Below, piece after piece: positions 51,501-63,734 of a stretch of DNA of 64,000 nt. Where the stretch lies: assembly GCA_964035545.1 (NCBI GenBank), contig OZ037767.1, positions 1,375,680-1,439,679 of the forward strand. Reading direction: 5' to 3'. Both the position numbers and the translations under genes were made by a program. Within the stretch, counting starts at the first letter, position 1; each line of letters starts with the position of its first letter. This DNA is from Bugula neritina (lineage: Eukaryota; Animalia; Bryozoa). Below the pieces are notes generated by a model, which did no database searches, was not told the DNA's origin, and saw nothing but the letters and a program-made list of their open reading frames with translations.

Positions 51501-51534
51501 CCTCAGAAGACGTCATCCTGGTGAGAAACCTTAG
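45508..51534 (+). CDS. PRDM9-derived SET-less KRAB-zinc finger gene, chimeric copy B/C (~419 aa if all exons are used; 1+5 fingers); exons 45508-45640, 45885-46015, 47284-47434, 48519-48649, 49939-50089, 50972-51534
   Basis: Copy B lacks its ZF exon (only a 34-bp scar at 48248-48281 remains) and copy C lacks its KRAB exon. The remaining exons are phase-compatible and sum to 1260 nt without stops. Confidence 0.7.
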
Positions 51535-52316
51535 TTGAGTGATAACCTCTCACCTCTATAACATTGTGACATGTACTGTATAGTATAGTGCATTGCAGCA
51601 CTAGATGTTTATATCTCATCAGTTGCAATTGTATAATTATTGGCTATGAGGTACACATTGTACAGGCTTTATATATCTAGTTTTATGCATTCATCTTATA
51701 ATTTTGTGATATACTCTAATATGTGATTAACATGCATGTATTGTTATACCTTTACGCTAGTAGATAATGGGCTAGTACACCGTTATATATCATAATATAT
51801 TATAATATAATATATGTGACAAGAGATACTTGGACAGAATTTGTTGTTAACTGTTTTCCTTAGAATCTGGTAAATAGCTAGGCAGCTTCTGATTGGTGTG
51901 TGGAATAATGATCATAAGGTGAAGTAGAGAGGGCCACTGTGTAGTTTATTGAATATTAACAAAAGAGGGTAGAACTGAGGGTGAACTGCTCAATATTTTA
52001 GTCAAAAATATATTATTCATTTACGCTATTTATTATGGGTATAATTTCATACAGTCGGTTCACGATATACATTACATATGCTAAACATAATCATACAAAA
52101 TCATTATGAAATATTCAATGCAGTTTGAACTAAGTATTAAATACTAAACAATGCTGCAAAATGTAATCATTAAATATGGGAGACTTGGCTAATTCAATCA
52201 ATATAAAACACTACAAAAAATATTACCTAATGCATTGCCATGATCAACATGGCACTGTTTAAATTTGTTAACCTATGTTGACTACCATAGCCTAAATCTC
52301 TTAAACCAAGTTAGGT

Positions 52317-52759
52317 TTAGCTTGTGGTCTCATCTAAGTCTTACTGTTTCCGGAAACAATCGCCAACAGGAAAGAAATCCCAGCATCTGTTATTATACAT
52401 TTCCCAAACGTATGTTTCCTGGCCTGTGTACTCCGTATCCAGTTCATTTATCAAATGCATCAAAAAGAACCTAAAAAGTTACCAATAAAATGTTAAAAAT
52501 TCCATAAATATATGCATATGGAGTGCTAACTATAGCAATAACATTCCCACAACGTAGAAAACAGTGGTGTGTGGTAGCAAAATGTTTACCATAACTAAAC
52601 CAGATTACGCAATAATAATAATTAAAATAAATCATCTTATTCCAATACTGAAAGAGTAAAATAAGGATATGAAAAAAAGTAGTTTCTTACATGTAGTTTG
52701 CAAAGTTGTGTTCTTTCATAATATGCTTTTGAAACCCCTGTGGATGTTCGTCAAAATAG
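52317..52759 (-). pseudogene. Duplicated ryanodine receptor 3' fragment 3
   Basis: Same breakpoint; premature stop (KQY to KQ*) at ~52342; keeps PVGDC like the intact gene. Confidence 0.9.
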
Positions 52760-52899
52760 GCAAACCTACTTCCTTTATTAGTAACCAAACAAAAACAGAA
52801 TTACAAGTAGCAAAATAGTAGTACACAGTCTAAAAACACAACAGTAGCTAACTGCTCTCCAACTCTCTGGGCTGGCTTGTCACCTCGTCATATACTGAG

Positions 52900-53115
52900 A
52901 CACGCCCATTTTCAGGCTGGCCAATAAGCCTCAGCTTATGAATAACACAGTGGACCAGCCAGCCAATCGCTGTAATTCATTAGCAGTCGAACCAATTAGC
53001 ACTATGGTCTACTTCTGTTTTATGAATGCTGTCTAGTCAACAGTTACAGTGAGTTAGTGTTTGATGAATAAAGTCCTGTGACAACTAGGGAGAACTATTT
53101 TAACTACAAGTAAGT
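52900..53115 (+). promoter_or_regulatory. Putative promoter and first non-coding exon of copy D
   Basis: CACGCCC at 52901, CCAAT at 52921, 52963 and 52992, donor-like AA|GTAAGT at 53110. Confidence 0.5.
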
Positions 53116-53879
53116 CTTAAAAAATAAATATAATATACGTTAACACTTAGATTCTTAGAGATTTCTCAGTAACCCTCACTTAGGTGCAATGGCAGAGAAA
53201 TTTCAACAGCTCAAGTTTTCATTTAAATAAATTTGATAAACTACTATGTTGTTTTAACATGATGATGTTAGCATAAGAATCATTATAAATACTTTCATGT
53301 TATATATAGAATTATATATAGCTGCAGCAGTTTGTTGATATTTTTACCAACTATCTAAATTGAAAGTATTGTAATGGCTCATAGATAGAAAAAAGGGGAC
53401 TCGTCTTTTCCCCCTTTTGATGGACACTAACACATTGACGATGCATTCTAGTTAGTCATATAGCGTTTCCCTTCTAGTCGGCCAACGTGACTAGATCATA
53501 CTAAACTGTCCCCTCCAATCAGGTTGGATATCAACACATGATCAAGATATACATAAAAACATTGTTTCCGCGAGGACATGATTGAGACCGGCTAGGCTAG
53601 CAGTAAAACACTAATTGATATTCTGTTCTTCTTTTATCACTGATGTAGACTTTTCTCTTTATTGTATATTATTCTTCAATACATATTATTCCCACGCTTC
53701 TAATAATATATCTTGGAGTTGATTGCATAACATCCTGGGGATGTACTAATTAGAAACATACACAAGTACCCACAATAAGTATAACATAGTTGGAAAACTA
53801 TAACATTATAAAAGTAATCCCTTCCTATCTTTTCAGATTTTAGGTTTACATTCTCATAGCATATGTTAATAGGCTAACA

Positions 53880-56800
53880 ATGTCTGGAGAAATAAGAAAA
53901 TGTGCTACACTCTCGGACTATTTTTCTGAAGATCAAATTGAAGCGATGGGCAGATGTGAAAAAACAAGAAAAGAAAATCTCATTCGGAATTACAACTATA
54001 TGAAGTCTATAGGTAAATCTAAATATTCTGCATTGCTTGTTATAAAACATATATAATTGTTAATATGCATTATGTTATTTCCTGCTACCCTAACAGAACA
54101 AATTGGAGATGGATGAGAAAGTATACATCATGCTATTTCTTACATTGAGCTGCATGCAAGCATTTATAACTCAACATTGATTTAACATTGCGGTAAGATA
54201 CAATGTCAGTTGATTTTTTAAAAATGTCACTTGCTGAATTTATATTTAGGGCTGGATACTATTAAACCTCCATTTACAAAGAAAGAAGTTCTAAAGCAAC
54301 CTTTAGCTGAGAGAAACTCATGTGGTTCCATAGAGAAAGGTGGAGAGGCGGCTGTTAACACCACCAAGTGTGATACTAAGGTATAGCAATTCTATTCTTT
54401 TGTTTACTCAATATACCTCAAATTTTACTTTCCAACTATTTGGCTTTTTGATCCACACTTCATGCTTCTATATATTCAAAAGCTATGTAGTGTCCTTGAT
54501 AATAAATAGTAAAATTTCATAAACTTGGTTTTATTTAGTTTGCTTACTGACACTCTGCTGCCAATTTGTTCACAGCTGTTATAATTTCTCATTTAGCAAT
54601 TTAGCATATACTGACATTGCCACACTGTGTTTGTGTTTTCACAGATTTCAACAGTGAATCGCCCATCTTTATTGTATGTTTTAGCACTTGTTTGTCACTT
54701 TTTTATCTTCAGGACCATTTTAGTATCACTAGGTGCATTGCAAGTTTTATTCTGCACTGACTGCACTCAAAAGTCATGATTAAGAAATGAGTGCATTAGC
54801 TTTACCATAAGACACAAACAGATAATATACCACTTAGCCAGGACATTATAGTATAAGAACCCTCAAGGTTCCATTCTCATCTACTCTCACATAATATCAG
54901 TTATTTTCACAAAACGCACAGTATAAAATATTTCTTTTCCTATAACTTTGCTAATCTATACTATTACTTTGAATATTTTAATAATTATAAAACAAGCAAT
55001 TTATCAAATTATCTTATGTACTTTTCTGTGTTTAATTTGCTCTTATTCTGTCATATTTTAATCTTCTTGTAAAAAAAATTGTAGAACTTCACTGTGTAAA
55101 CGGTGTGAATAAATAGACTGCCTACACTAAAACACACAGCCGTATGAAACTTTCATATCAACTTAGGAGGGCAGCTACAATAATTTCGAAAGATCTGATA
55201 TGCACCATGCATAACTATCACTTAATCGATGGACTCTAATGGATTCTTGCATATATAAACGTATCAGTTCTGCTTAACTTTTGCTTCAAATGCTAAATTC
55301 TTTGCCTAACTTTGAAAAACCTCTACTCAAATGATTTTCCACATGATTCATAAAAGCACAGTTACAAGTTTGTCATTACAGAATGCAGATGCTGACACTA
55401 ATGGGAAATTAGACAGCAGTTTTGAATCTGAAGCTCTGGATTGGTTAGAGAACTGTTACTCTTCTGGAGACTCTGATGATGAATACAACGAGGAGAATAT
55501 TCCAGTAAATAAGAGAATTCTGAAACCAAAAGGTAGTATGAGAGAATAACTATACATTGCTATACTTGTGAATACTATATGAGCTATTTAGTTTACTTGT
55601 AGAGTTGTGTAAATAGTCATATATAGGAATTCACAAGGCAAAGATCCCATGCATATACACAGTTGGCTAATGTTAAGTTACGTTTATACCTCTGCTGAAA
55701 AAAATACTGAGTTTCAGTTAATAGCGCTTGTCCAGGTACCCTTTTATAGTCAAACTGAAATCGTTGAAATCATATTTATGCCGAAACTTACTTTCTAAAA
55801 GTAAACTCTGACTCGCCTAATGGCCATTTGATGCCCTTTATAGACGTCGTGAATTAGTGAAATTGTCAGCATAAAAGTGATATTTGTGAAGGCGTAGGCG
55901 ATATAATTATTACCATATAAGTATGTCATCTTATAATCGCCAAAGTCATAACTAAATAACGATGTTTACAAGGAGTTGTTACTCCTTTTGAGTATTATTC
56001 TGAAATCGGCCGATTAAGTTATCACAGTACAAAAATTTTTACTAGTGGCTTTTACAATGCAACGCAACTCGAAGAACTTTCAACCCAGCCAAATTGAATT
56101 TTGAACTGAAAATCGTGAAAGTCTAAACGCAACTAAAACTTAATTGATGTTATGTTCTTGCCATATTTGACAGTTTATTAGCCTACACGACTGTGTGAAA
56201 GCTGCAATTTTTGTTTATTTGCTAAAAGTTAATACAACTAGACTAATTATTTCGAGTTTGTTAATCTGATAATACATCTTCCAAGTGATATGTGAATATG
56301 TATTTTCTAGCACATTTTGGGACAAAAAAATTATCCTGGTTATTACTTTGTGTTCAGCCTTTTCAGTAAAGTATTACATATTATTACATGAATCCTCATA
56401 ATAATTTGTTGCAGCTGAAGAAAATAGTTCTTCCCCAGTTGAACTAGAAGCTCCCAGAACTATAAAATGTGGAGACTGTGACTTTAGATGCAGTTATCCT
56501 GACGAACTCAAGAAACATATGAAATGTCACCGGAAAGGAAGTGAGAAGAAATACAAGTGTACTCTGTGTGAGTATAGAAGTGCAGACCGCCGTAACCTAC
56601 AGACACACCTCAGGACACACAGTGGAGAGAAGCCATACAAGTGTACTCTGTGTGAGTATAGAAGTGCATACAGTGGTGCTCTACAGAGACACCTCAGGAC
56701 ACACAGTGGAGAGAAGCCATACAAGTGTACTCTGTGTGAGTATAGATGTACAACCAGTAGTACCCTACAGAACCACCTCGGGACACACAGTGGAGAGAAG

Positions 56801-57565
56801 CCATACAAGTGTACTCTGTGTGAGTATAGAAGTGCATACAGCAGTGCTCTACAGAGACACCTCAGGACACACAGTGGGAAGAAGCCGTACAAGTGTACTC
56901 TGTGTGAGTATAGATGTACAACCAATGGTAACCTACAGACACACCTCAGGACACACAGTGGAGAGAAGCCATACAAGTGTACTCTGTGTGAGTATAGATG
57001 TGCACAGAGCAGTCACCTACAAACACACCTCAGGACACACAGTGGAGAGAAGCCATACAAGTGTACTCTGTGTGAGTATAGAAGTGCATACAGTGGTGCT
57101 CTACAGAGACACCTCAGGACACACAGTGGAGAGAAGCCATACAAGTGTACTCTGTGTGAGTATAGATGTACAACCAGTAGTACCCTACAGAACCACCTCA
57201 GGACACACAGTGGAGAGAAACCATACAAGTGTACTCTGTGTGAGTATAGAAGTGCACAGAGCAGTCACCTACAGAGACACCTCAGGAAACACAGTGGAGA
57301 GAAGCCATACAAGTGTACTCTGTGTGAGTATAGATGTACAACCAATGGTAACCTACAGACACACCTCAGAACACACAGTGGAGAGAAGCCATACAAGTGT
57401 ACTCTGTGTGAGTATAGATGTACAACCAGTAGTACCCTACAGGACCACCTCAGGACACACAGTGGAGAAAAACCATACAAGTGTACTCAGTGTGAGTATA
57501 GATGTGCAGTCAACAGTAACCTACAGAGACACCTCAGGACACAACATGCTGGTGAGAAACCTTAG
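53880..57565 (+). CDS. PRDM9-derived SET-less KRAB-zinc finger gene, copy D (~521 aa; 1+12 fingers); exons 53880-54012, 54250-54380, 55382-55532, 56415-57565
   Basis: Same four-exon structure as copy A; 1566 nt in frame, no stops, intact GT-AG sites. Confidence 0.83.
56552..57562 (+). repeat. 84-bp zinc-finger minisatellite x12 with ~5-finger higher-order period
   Basis: Helices DRRNLQT, YSGALQR, TSSTLQN, YSSALQR, TNGNLQT, QSSHLQT, YSGALQR, TSSTLQN, QSSHLQR, TNGNLQT, TSSTLQD, VNSNLQR; helices 2, 3 and 5 recur as 7, 8 and 10. Confidence 0.95.
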
Positions 57566-57989
57566 TTGAGTGATAACCTGTCACCTCTATAACATTGTGA
57601 CATGTACTGTATAGTATAGCGCATTGCAGTGCAGCACTAGATGTTTATATCTCATGAGTTGCAATTGTATAATTGTTGACTATGAGCTACACATTGTACA
57701 GGCTTTATATATCTTATATTTATAGGTTTATGCATTCATCTTATAATTTTGTGATATACTCTAATATGTGATTAACATGCATGTATTGTTATACCTTTAC
57801 GCTAGTAGATAATGGGCTAGTACACTATTATATATAATAATATATTATAATATAATATATGTGGCAAGAGATACTTGGACAGAATTTGTTGTTGACTGTT
57901 TTCCTTAGAATCTGGTAAATAGCTAGGCAGCTTCTGATTGGTGTGTGGAATAATGATCATACCGTGAAGTAGAGAGGGCCACTGTGTAG

Positions 57990-57995
57990 TTTATT
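57990..57995 (-). terminator. Candidate RyR polyadenylation signal
   Basis: AATAAA on the minus strand ~365 nt after the RyR stop; conserved in the duplicated fragments. Confidence 0.4.
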
Positions 57996-58359
57996 GAATA
58001 ATAACAAAAGAGGGTAGGACTGAGGGCGAACTGCTCAATATTTCAGTCAAAAATATATTATTTATTTACGCTATATATTATGGGTATAATTTCATACAGT
58101 CGGTTCACGCAATCCATTACATATGCTAAACATAATCATACAAAAAATATGAAATATTCAATGTAGTTTGAACTAAGTATTAAATACTAAACAATGCTGC
58201 AAAATGCAATCATCAAATATGGGAGACTTGGCTAATTCAATCAATATAAAACACTACAAAAAATATTAGCCAATGCATTGCCATGATCAACATGGCACTG
58301 TTTAAATTTGTTAACCTATATCTACTACCATAGCCTAAATCTCTTAAACCAAGTTAAGG

Positions 58360-61300
58360 TTAGCTTGTGGTCTCATCTGAGTCGTACTGTTTTCGGAAAC
58401 AATCGCCAACAGGAAAGAAATCCCAGCATCTATTATTATACATTTCCCAAACGTATGTTTCCTGGCCTGTGTACTCCGTATCCGGTTTATTTATCAAATG
58501 CATCAAAAAGAACCTAAAAAGTTACCAATAAAAATGTTAAAAATTCCATAAATGCATATAGAGTGCTAACTATAGCAATAATATTCACTTAAATTAAAAG
58601 ACTGGTGTGTAGCTGCAAAATGTTTACCATAACTCGACTAGATTACGCAATAATAAAAATGATAAAAATATATCATGTTTTTCCAATAAGGAAAGAGTAA
58701 AATAATGACATGGAAATAAGTAGTTTCTTACATGTAGTTTGCAAAGTTGTGTTCTTTCATAACATGCCTTTCAAACCCGTGTGGATGTTCGTCAAAATAG
58801 TCCTTACCAATGCCGCATATGAAGCAGCTTGACTGTAGTATAAATAAAACAATAGGAGTTCAATAAATAAACAAAATATACAGCACAGAGCATACTTCAA
58901 GCTGAAGACAAATCACACGTATTAGTAGGGAAATACATTTATTACTTGAATAAAGTTACAAACATACCTCCATATCTTCCTTTACTTGTTCTAATTGACT
59001 TCTTAATTCTCCAAAAGCATCGATAATTAAACCTAAAACATGGTGACAATGTTTTCTGTTAACTCACTGCAAGAATTGAACCCAAGTACAATGAAGTTTG
59101 TACTTAATCAAGCTATGTACTTTCCAAGATATAAAATACAATCAAAACTCAATTACCTTGAATGATGGCAAGGAGGATAACGATGACAAAGAAGAAGAAA
59201 GAAATATCAAAGATATTCCTGAAGACCTCTGAAGGATCTCCATCTGCTGATTCAATCTCATCTCCGATTCCTCCCCCAGCCCTGACACCAGTGTGCAGGT
59301 GGAACACAAAACACTAAAACATGTCATGAGAAGCTTTGACTGACCAGTGCTAGTGTCGTTAGTAAATAGTTTTGATGTTTTACAATTCAGTGTAGTGAAG
59401 TTGAGAGAATTCATTAAACTCACCGTAAGTAAATCATTGCATTTATACTGAGGGCCATCTCCCTCCTCCCCCTCCTGTGCGTAGAACTTTCTGAAGAAGT
59501 TGAAGGCTATGACTGAGTAGATGTAGACCACCACTGAGGTCAGCATGACTGTGAGAATCAGCTGCTTCCCATTGTGAGTAACAGACTGTGGCAAACAGAG
59601 AACTCTACTGAAATCTCACTATATGCTTATATTTATTCATCAGAGCAATGAATTTTATTTTACATCACAGTTTGAAAAATACTATGTTTAACAGAAAAGT
59701 TAAGACGAATAACTTTATGAAAGCCCATGCTTACAATAAACCTATGCATTATATTATGGCTATGGTAATGCATGAATGTTTAGTTTTTCAGATTTTCAGT
59801 TTAAAAGTCAAGAAAAAACATATTCTGTAATATTTACAATAATTCCACATTGGCTAGCATTGTTAGAATATCTAAAAAGTTTCATAAAGTTACCTGCAAA
59901 ATGGTGCCAAGGGTTTTAATACTGAAAGCCACATCCATTAAATGTGCTGCATAAAAGAAGTGATTATAGTTTCCTATGATACTGAAGAGAAGGTACGAGG
60001 AGAGATAGAGGAAATTCTACAATCAAACAAAAATCTTTTTAAAATTCCTTTTCCTAGATAAATGAAAACAAAAAGTAGACAACTCATACTTGATGTACAT
60101 AATGTGATTTGCGATCTCAAATTTAGCAGCAGAAAATACGAATGTGTATATGCAGAAGCACAACTACTTCTGTCTAGAACTAATCAATACCCTAAGGCTC
60201 AAACCATAGATAAAGTTGATAAGAGGAACAATTTAAGACATCAAGTAAGCTTGATATTTGAGTATAAAAACGGCCACCTCAGATGAAATACTTCAAATGA
60301 TGGTCAGGTTTTAGCAAAAAGAGATCTTACAGTTCAAGAAATATGATAGCATCATGTTCAGCTGCAATTAACTTGGTAAAGTTAGTTAATGTGTTACCAG
60401 GTAAAGTTAGTTGATGTGTTACCAGGTAAAGTTAGTTGATGTGTTACCAAGTAAAGTTAGCTGATGTGTTACCAGGTAATATTCTCCACTCACATTATCA
60501 GATAAAATAACTCCCCACTTCCAAATTTCATATTTCCAGTCCACATCGGAGAGAAAAGTTGGAAGTAGACCCCCTGATGTTTTCTTAACTTCTGGTGCAA
60601 ATCTGGCTTTTCCCGCGTCAGATTTCTCTATGGCGAGCAGTGCGTTGATTTCCTCCGGGTCAAACTGTTCAGAGTATTTGGCCTTGACCTAAAGGTAAGA
60701 GTGAAAAGTTGGTTGAGTAACCACAGAGTCAAGGGATACTAAAAAATGCAGTTCAATTTAGCGCTAGATATTGCACACTATGGAACATATATTAAAAATA
60801 CTGTTACTAAACAACGTGCAGAAATCTTAATCTAAAGACACAATTATCTGATACAAATTACAATTTCTTTATCAACTGCTTCAGATTACTCAACAGCTCT
60901 ATTAAAAAAGTCGTCACAATAAAAATTTCAAACCCCAACCTGTATAGCTAAACACTTGAATTGTTTTGTGATTAATAAACACCCTGAACTACCATTTAAA
61001 TTTCTAATTATGATTTCCATACCTTCTTCTTGACAAACTTGTCCCAGTAGTAAGCAGGGAAAGACCGAGTACTCAGCACAAGTCTGTCCCACTGTAGCTT
61101 CAGTTCATCACTTCCCGGTTCCTCCGCAATCCACATACCTTCAAACTCTAGTTTTCGGGCTATTGACTTCTCCCGTTTGAAGATCACTAAAGGCACCTAA
61201 CAAACAGCATTTTCTTTCAGCTTAAACACAAATTTATAAGACAGAACTAAAAAGTTAAACTTTTTATCTCCTGAAGTGTTAATTGTATTTATTATTGCTT

Positions 61301-63723
61301 TGTATAAGAAATCTTAATAATTTGTATTTTATGGTTATGTTTCCATAGTAACAGCCACTACGAAATAGTGACTAACCTTGAGACAGTAGTATGCAATGAG
61401 CATGCTCAGGGATGTGAGAGTGTGGACGAGAGCAAGTAACTGTAGACTATACTCTAAGTATGAGTCGGACTCCTTCATGGCAATTGTCTCCTCGACTTCA
61501 CATTCACTATTCTCTTCAGCTTCCATTAAGGCAGCTTCTTCGTCAGATACTTCCACCATCATAGTTGTTACCTTGGATATCAGCAACAGTTGTAATAGTG
61601 GTAGTTGCAAGAACAGTAGAAAGTGCAGTTTACAAAGAGGCGTTTGAGGGTTCTCCCCAGGACAAATCTGTGTTGAGTTGGTAAAACATTGGGAGGCAAT
61701 TGCTTTTAACAATACTAAATTGGATGGTGAGCGATTTCAAAGGAAATTTTGATATATTTTTGATTACAATTTCTATATATAAAATTTAGAAGATATGAAT
61801 AGTAACTAGGATAAGTTTGACTTCTTAAAAACATGACCGTCATTTCACCAACAAATGTTTTCAACTCACCCGATAGAATAAGAGTAGAAAATTGATAGCA
61901 AAGGCCATTGTCAAAGCAGCCATCTTGAAGTTGTAGAAATTTCTAGCAAAGAAGCTAATGGCATATTTTCCCCAGTCAAAGCCAACTGTGTCATAGCTAG
62001 GCTGTTCATCACCCTTAGGTCCTCCGGGCTCCCTGGTAACATCATCTGGAGTCTGGTTTGGAGAGGAGAGAGGCTGAAATGGTGGCGACTAAAACATACA
62101 GGAAATAGTAAAATTAAGTTATTCAAAACACAAAACTAAAGTACAAAAAACACCTTTATTATAACGTGACTCGCCTGGTGATTCATTGTAGAGTTTGGCA
62201 AATCATGCGTCTGCTGAGACAAACTAGCTCCGTCTGCAACTTCAATAGCCTCATCTGCATTAGCAGACGTCTGCTCAGACTGAGAAAATGTTCCGGAAAC
62301 ATCCTCCAAACTGGTAGGTTCACCAAGGCCAGACGGGGTTGTATAAGACTCAGGAGGGGGTAGGCAGTGGATTCTTTCATCCACCACTTGGGTTTGGGGT
62401 TCTCCCATCATCATAGCCAATATCCATTTGAAGAATGTGCTGATGAAAATTGAAATTTATAAAACTAATAACTAATTGACTGTAATTTAATAATAGTAAG
62501 GCTTTTAGATTCAAGAGATACCTTTATAAATAGAGCACTTTCAAGTTACTAACCAATCAATACAGCGGATAATAAAAATATAAAATAAAAACTTACCAAA
62601 TTATAGTGAAGATGAGTTTCAATATAAACACAGTTGATTTTTTCACAACTTGAAGTAGGGCCATCAACAACTGCGTGAATGTCATGGAGCGTAGAGTTGA
62701 AACACCGTGTTTAATATTGGTGACGGTTAGTAAGCCAAGGGCAAACCATAGGCCCGCCCACATGGTAGAGATGCAAGTTTTTGTGCCTTCCCACACAAGG
62801 CCGCTGAAATGCACAGGAAATCTGAATTAGTAAAAGTTGAGAGAAATATGTGAGATAACTTTGAGTAGGCTGTTGGGTAGAATAGTGAAAACTAGTTACG
62901 AAGATGTCAAAATATATGCAAAAAGAAACAGTTACGGGAAGAAAAGAAAACTATGTGGTGCAATGAAGTCTGTTGACCAATCAGAATGAGAGAATCAAAA
63001 GTTGTCTTTTCAACAACTGAATTAGTGTATAATCAAAGCTTTTTATAGGTGAAGGTAAATTTGGTTTAATAAAAATCAGAGAGTTGAGAAATTATAACAG
63101 TTAAATGTATTGAAATAGAAGCAAGGTGTGTATAATCATCATAAATACCTGTTATTTTTAAAGCTGAAAAACACAAATAACTGCATTACCAAGTAATCAT
63201 CAATACTGCCATTTTCAACAGGTGCAAAAGTTACGAAATCAAAAAAACCTACATGACAAAATAAGTGTTTTAAAGCCTGTAGGCTAGCTTACATATGCTG
63301 CTTTTATCCGGCAACCCACAATAAACATAAAGTACAACATAATATAACATACACAGTAGATATTTGTTCCGTATATCCAGCCTGAGCTCTCAATGCTTTA
63401 GCATGTGCCATACGCAGATCTTGTTCCTCAGCACTGATACTAGTAGCGTGCTGCATCTATCAGAATAACACAAGTGGGTAACTATCAGATACACTGTTAT
63501 ATTCAATGTAATACGTCATGTCAAATAAATTTGTCATTTCAAAAAGATTTAAATAAACTACACAACCAAGCCGTAGCAAATGGCTGATAAAACAAGCAAT
63601 AAATTAAGTTTTGCAAATTCCAACCTCAAATATTGTGTCTTCACAGAAACCAACAAATGATTCAATCTTCTCGTTATCTCCCTCTTCGTTGACGATGTTG
63701 TGAAGGAAGTAACGTTTAGATTC
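58360..63723 (-). CDS. RYR: Ryanodine receptor, C-terminal channel region (gene continues beyond the window); approximate exons 63723-63625, 63456-63353, 62803-62597, 62439-62175 (or 62154), 62088-61870, 61571-61377, 61196-61023, 60688-60494, 60016-59894, 59586-59424, 59313-59157, 59032-58968, 58832-58732, 58513-58360
   Basis: [17 protein letters not shown]...[50 protein letters not shown], selectivity filter [35 protein letters not shown]...KEHNFANY, C-terminus [15 protein letters not shown]. Confidence 0.97.
60375..60478. repeat. 25-bp tandem repeat x4 just inside a RyR donor
   Basis: GTAAAGTTAGTTGATGTGTTACCAG units ~15 nt from the donor at 60493. Confidence 0.9.
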
Positions 63724-63734
63724 CTGTATAACAC

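Noticed and set aside
56527-57569. Alternative-frame and antisense ORFs over the ZF arrays (also 33811-34335, 42811-43167, 51098-51538)
   Set aside because: Shadow ORFs expected from homogenised 84-bp C2H2 repeats.
451-63723. Functional linkage of Drosha, iGluR, LRRC59, PRDM9 and RyR as one system
   Set aside because: Ordinary neighbours in a compact animal genome; only the PRDM9-RyR link is supported, and it is structural (shared duplication).
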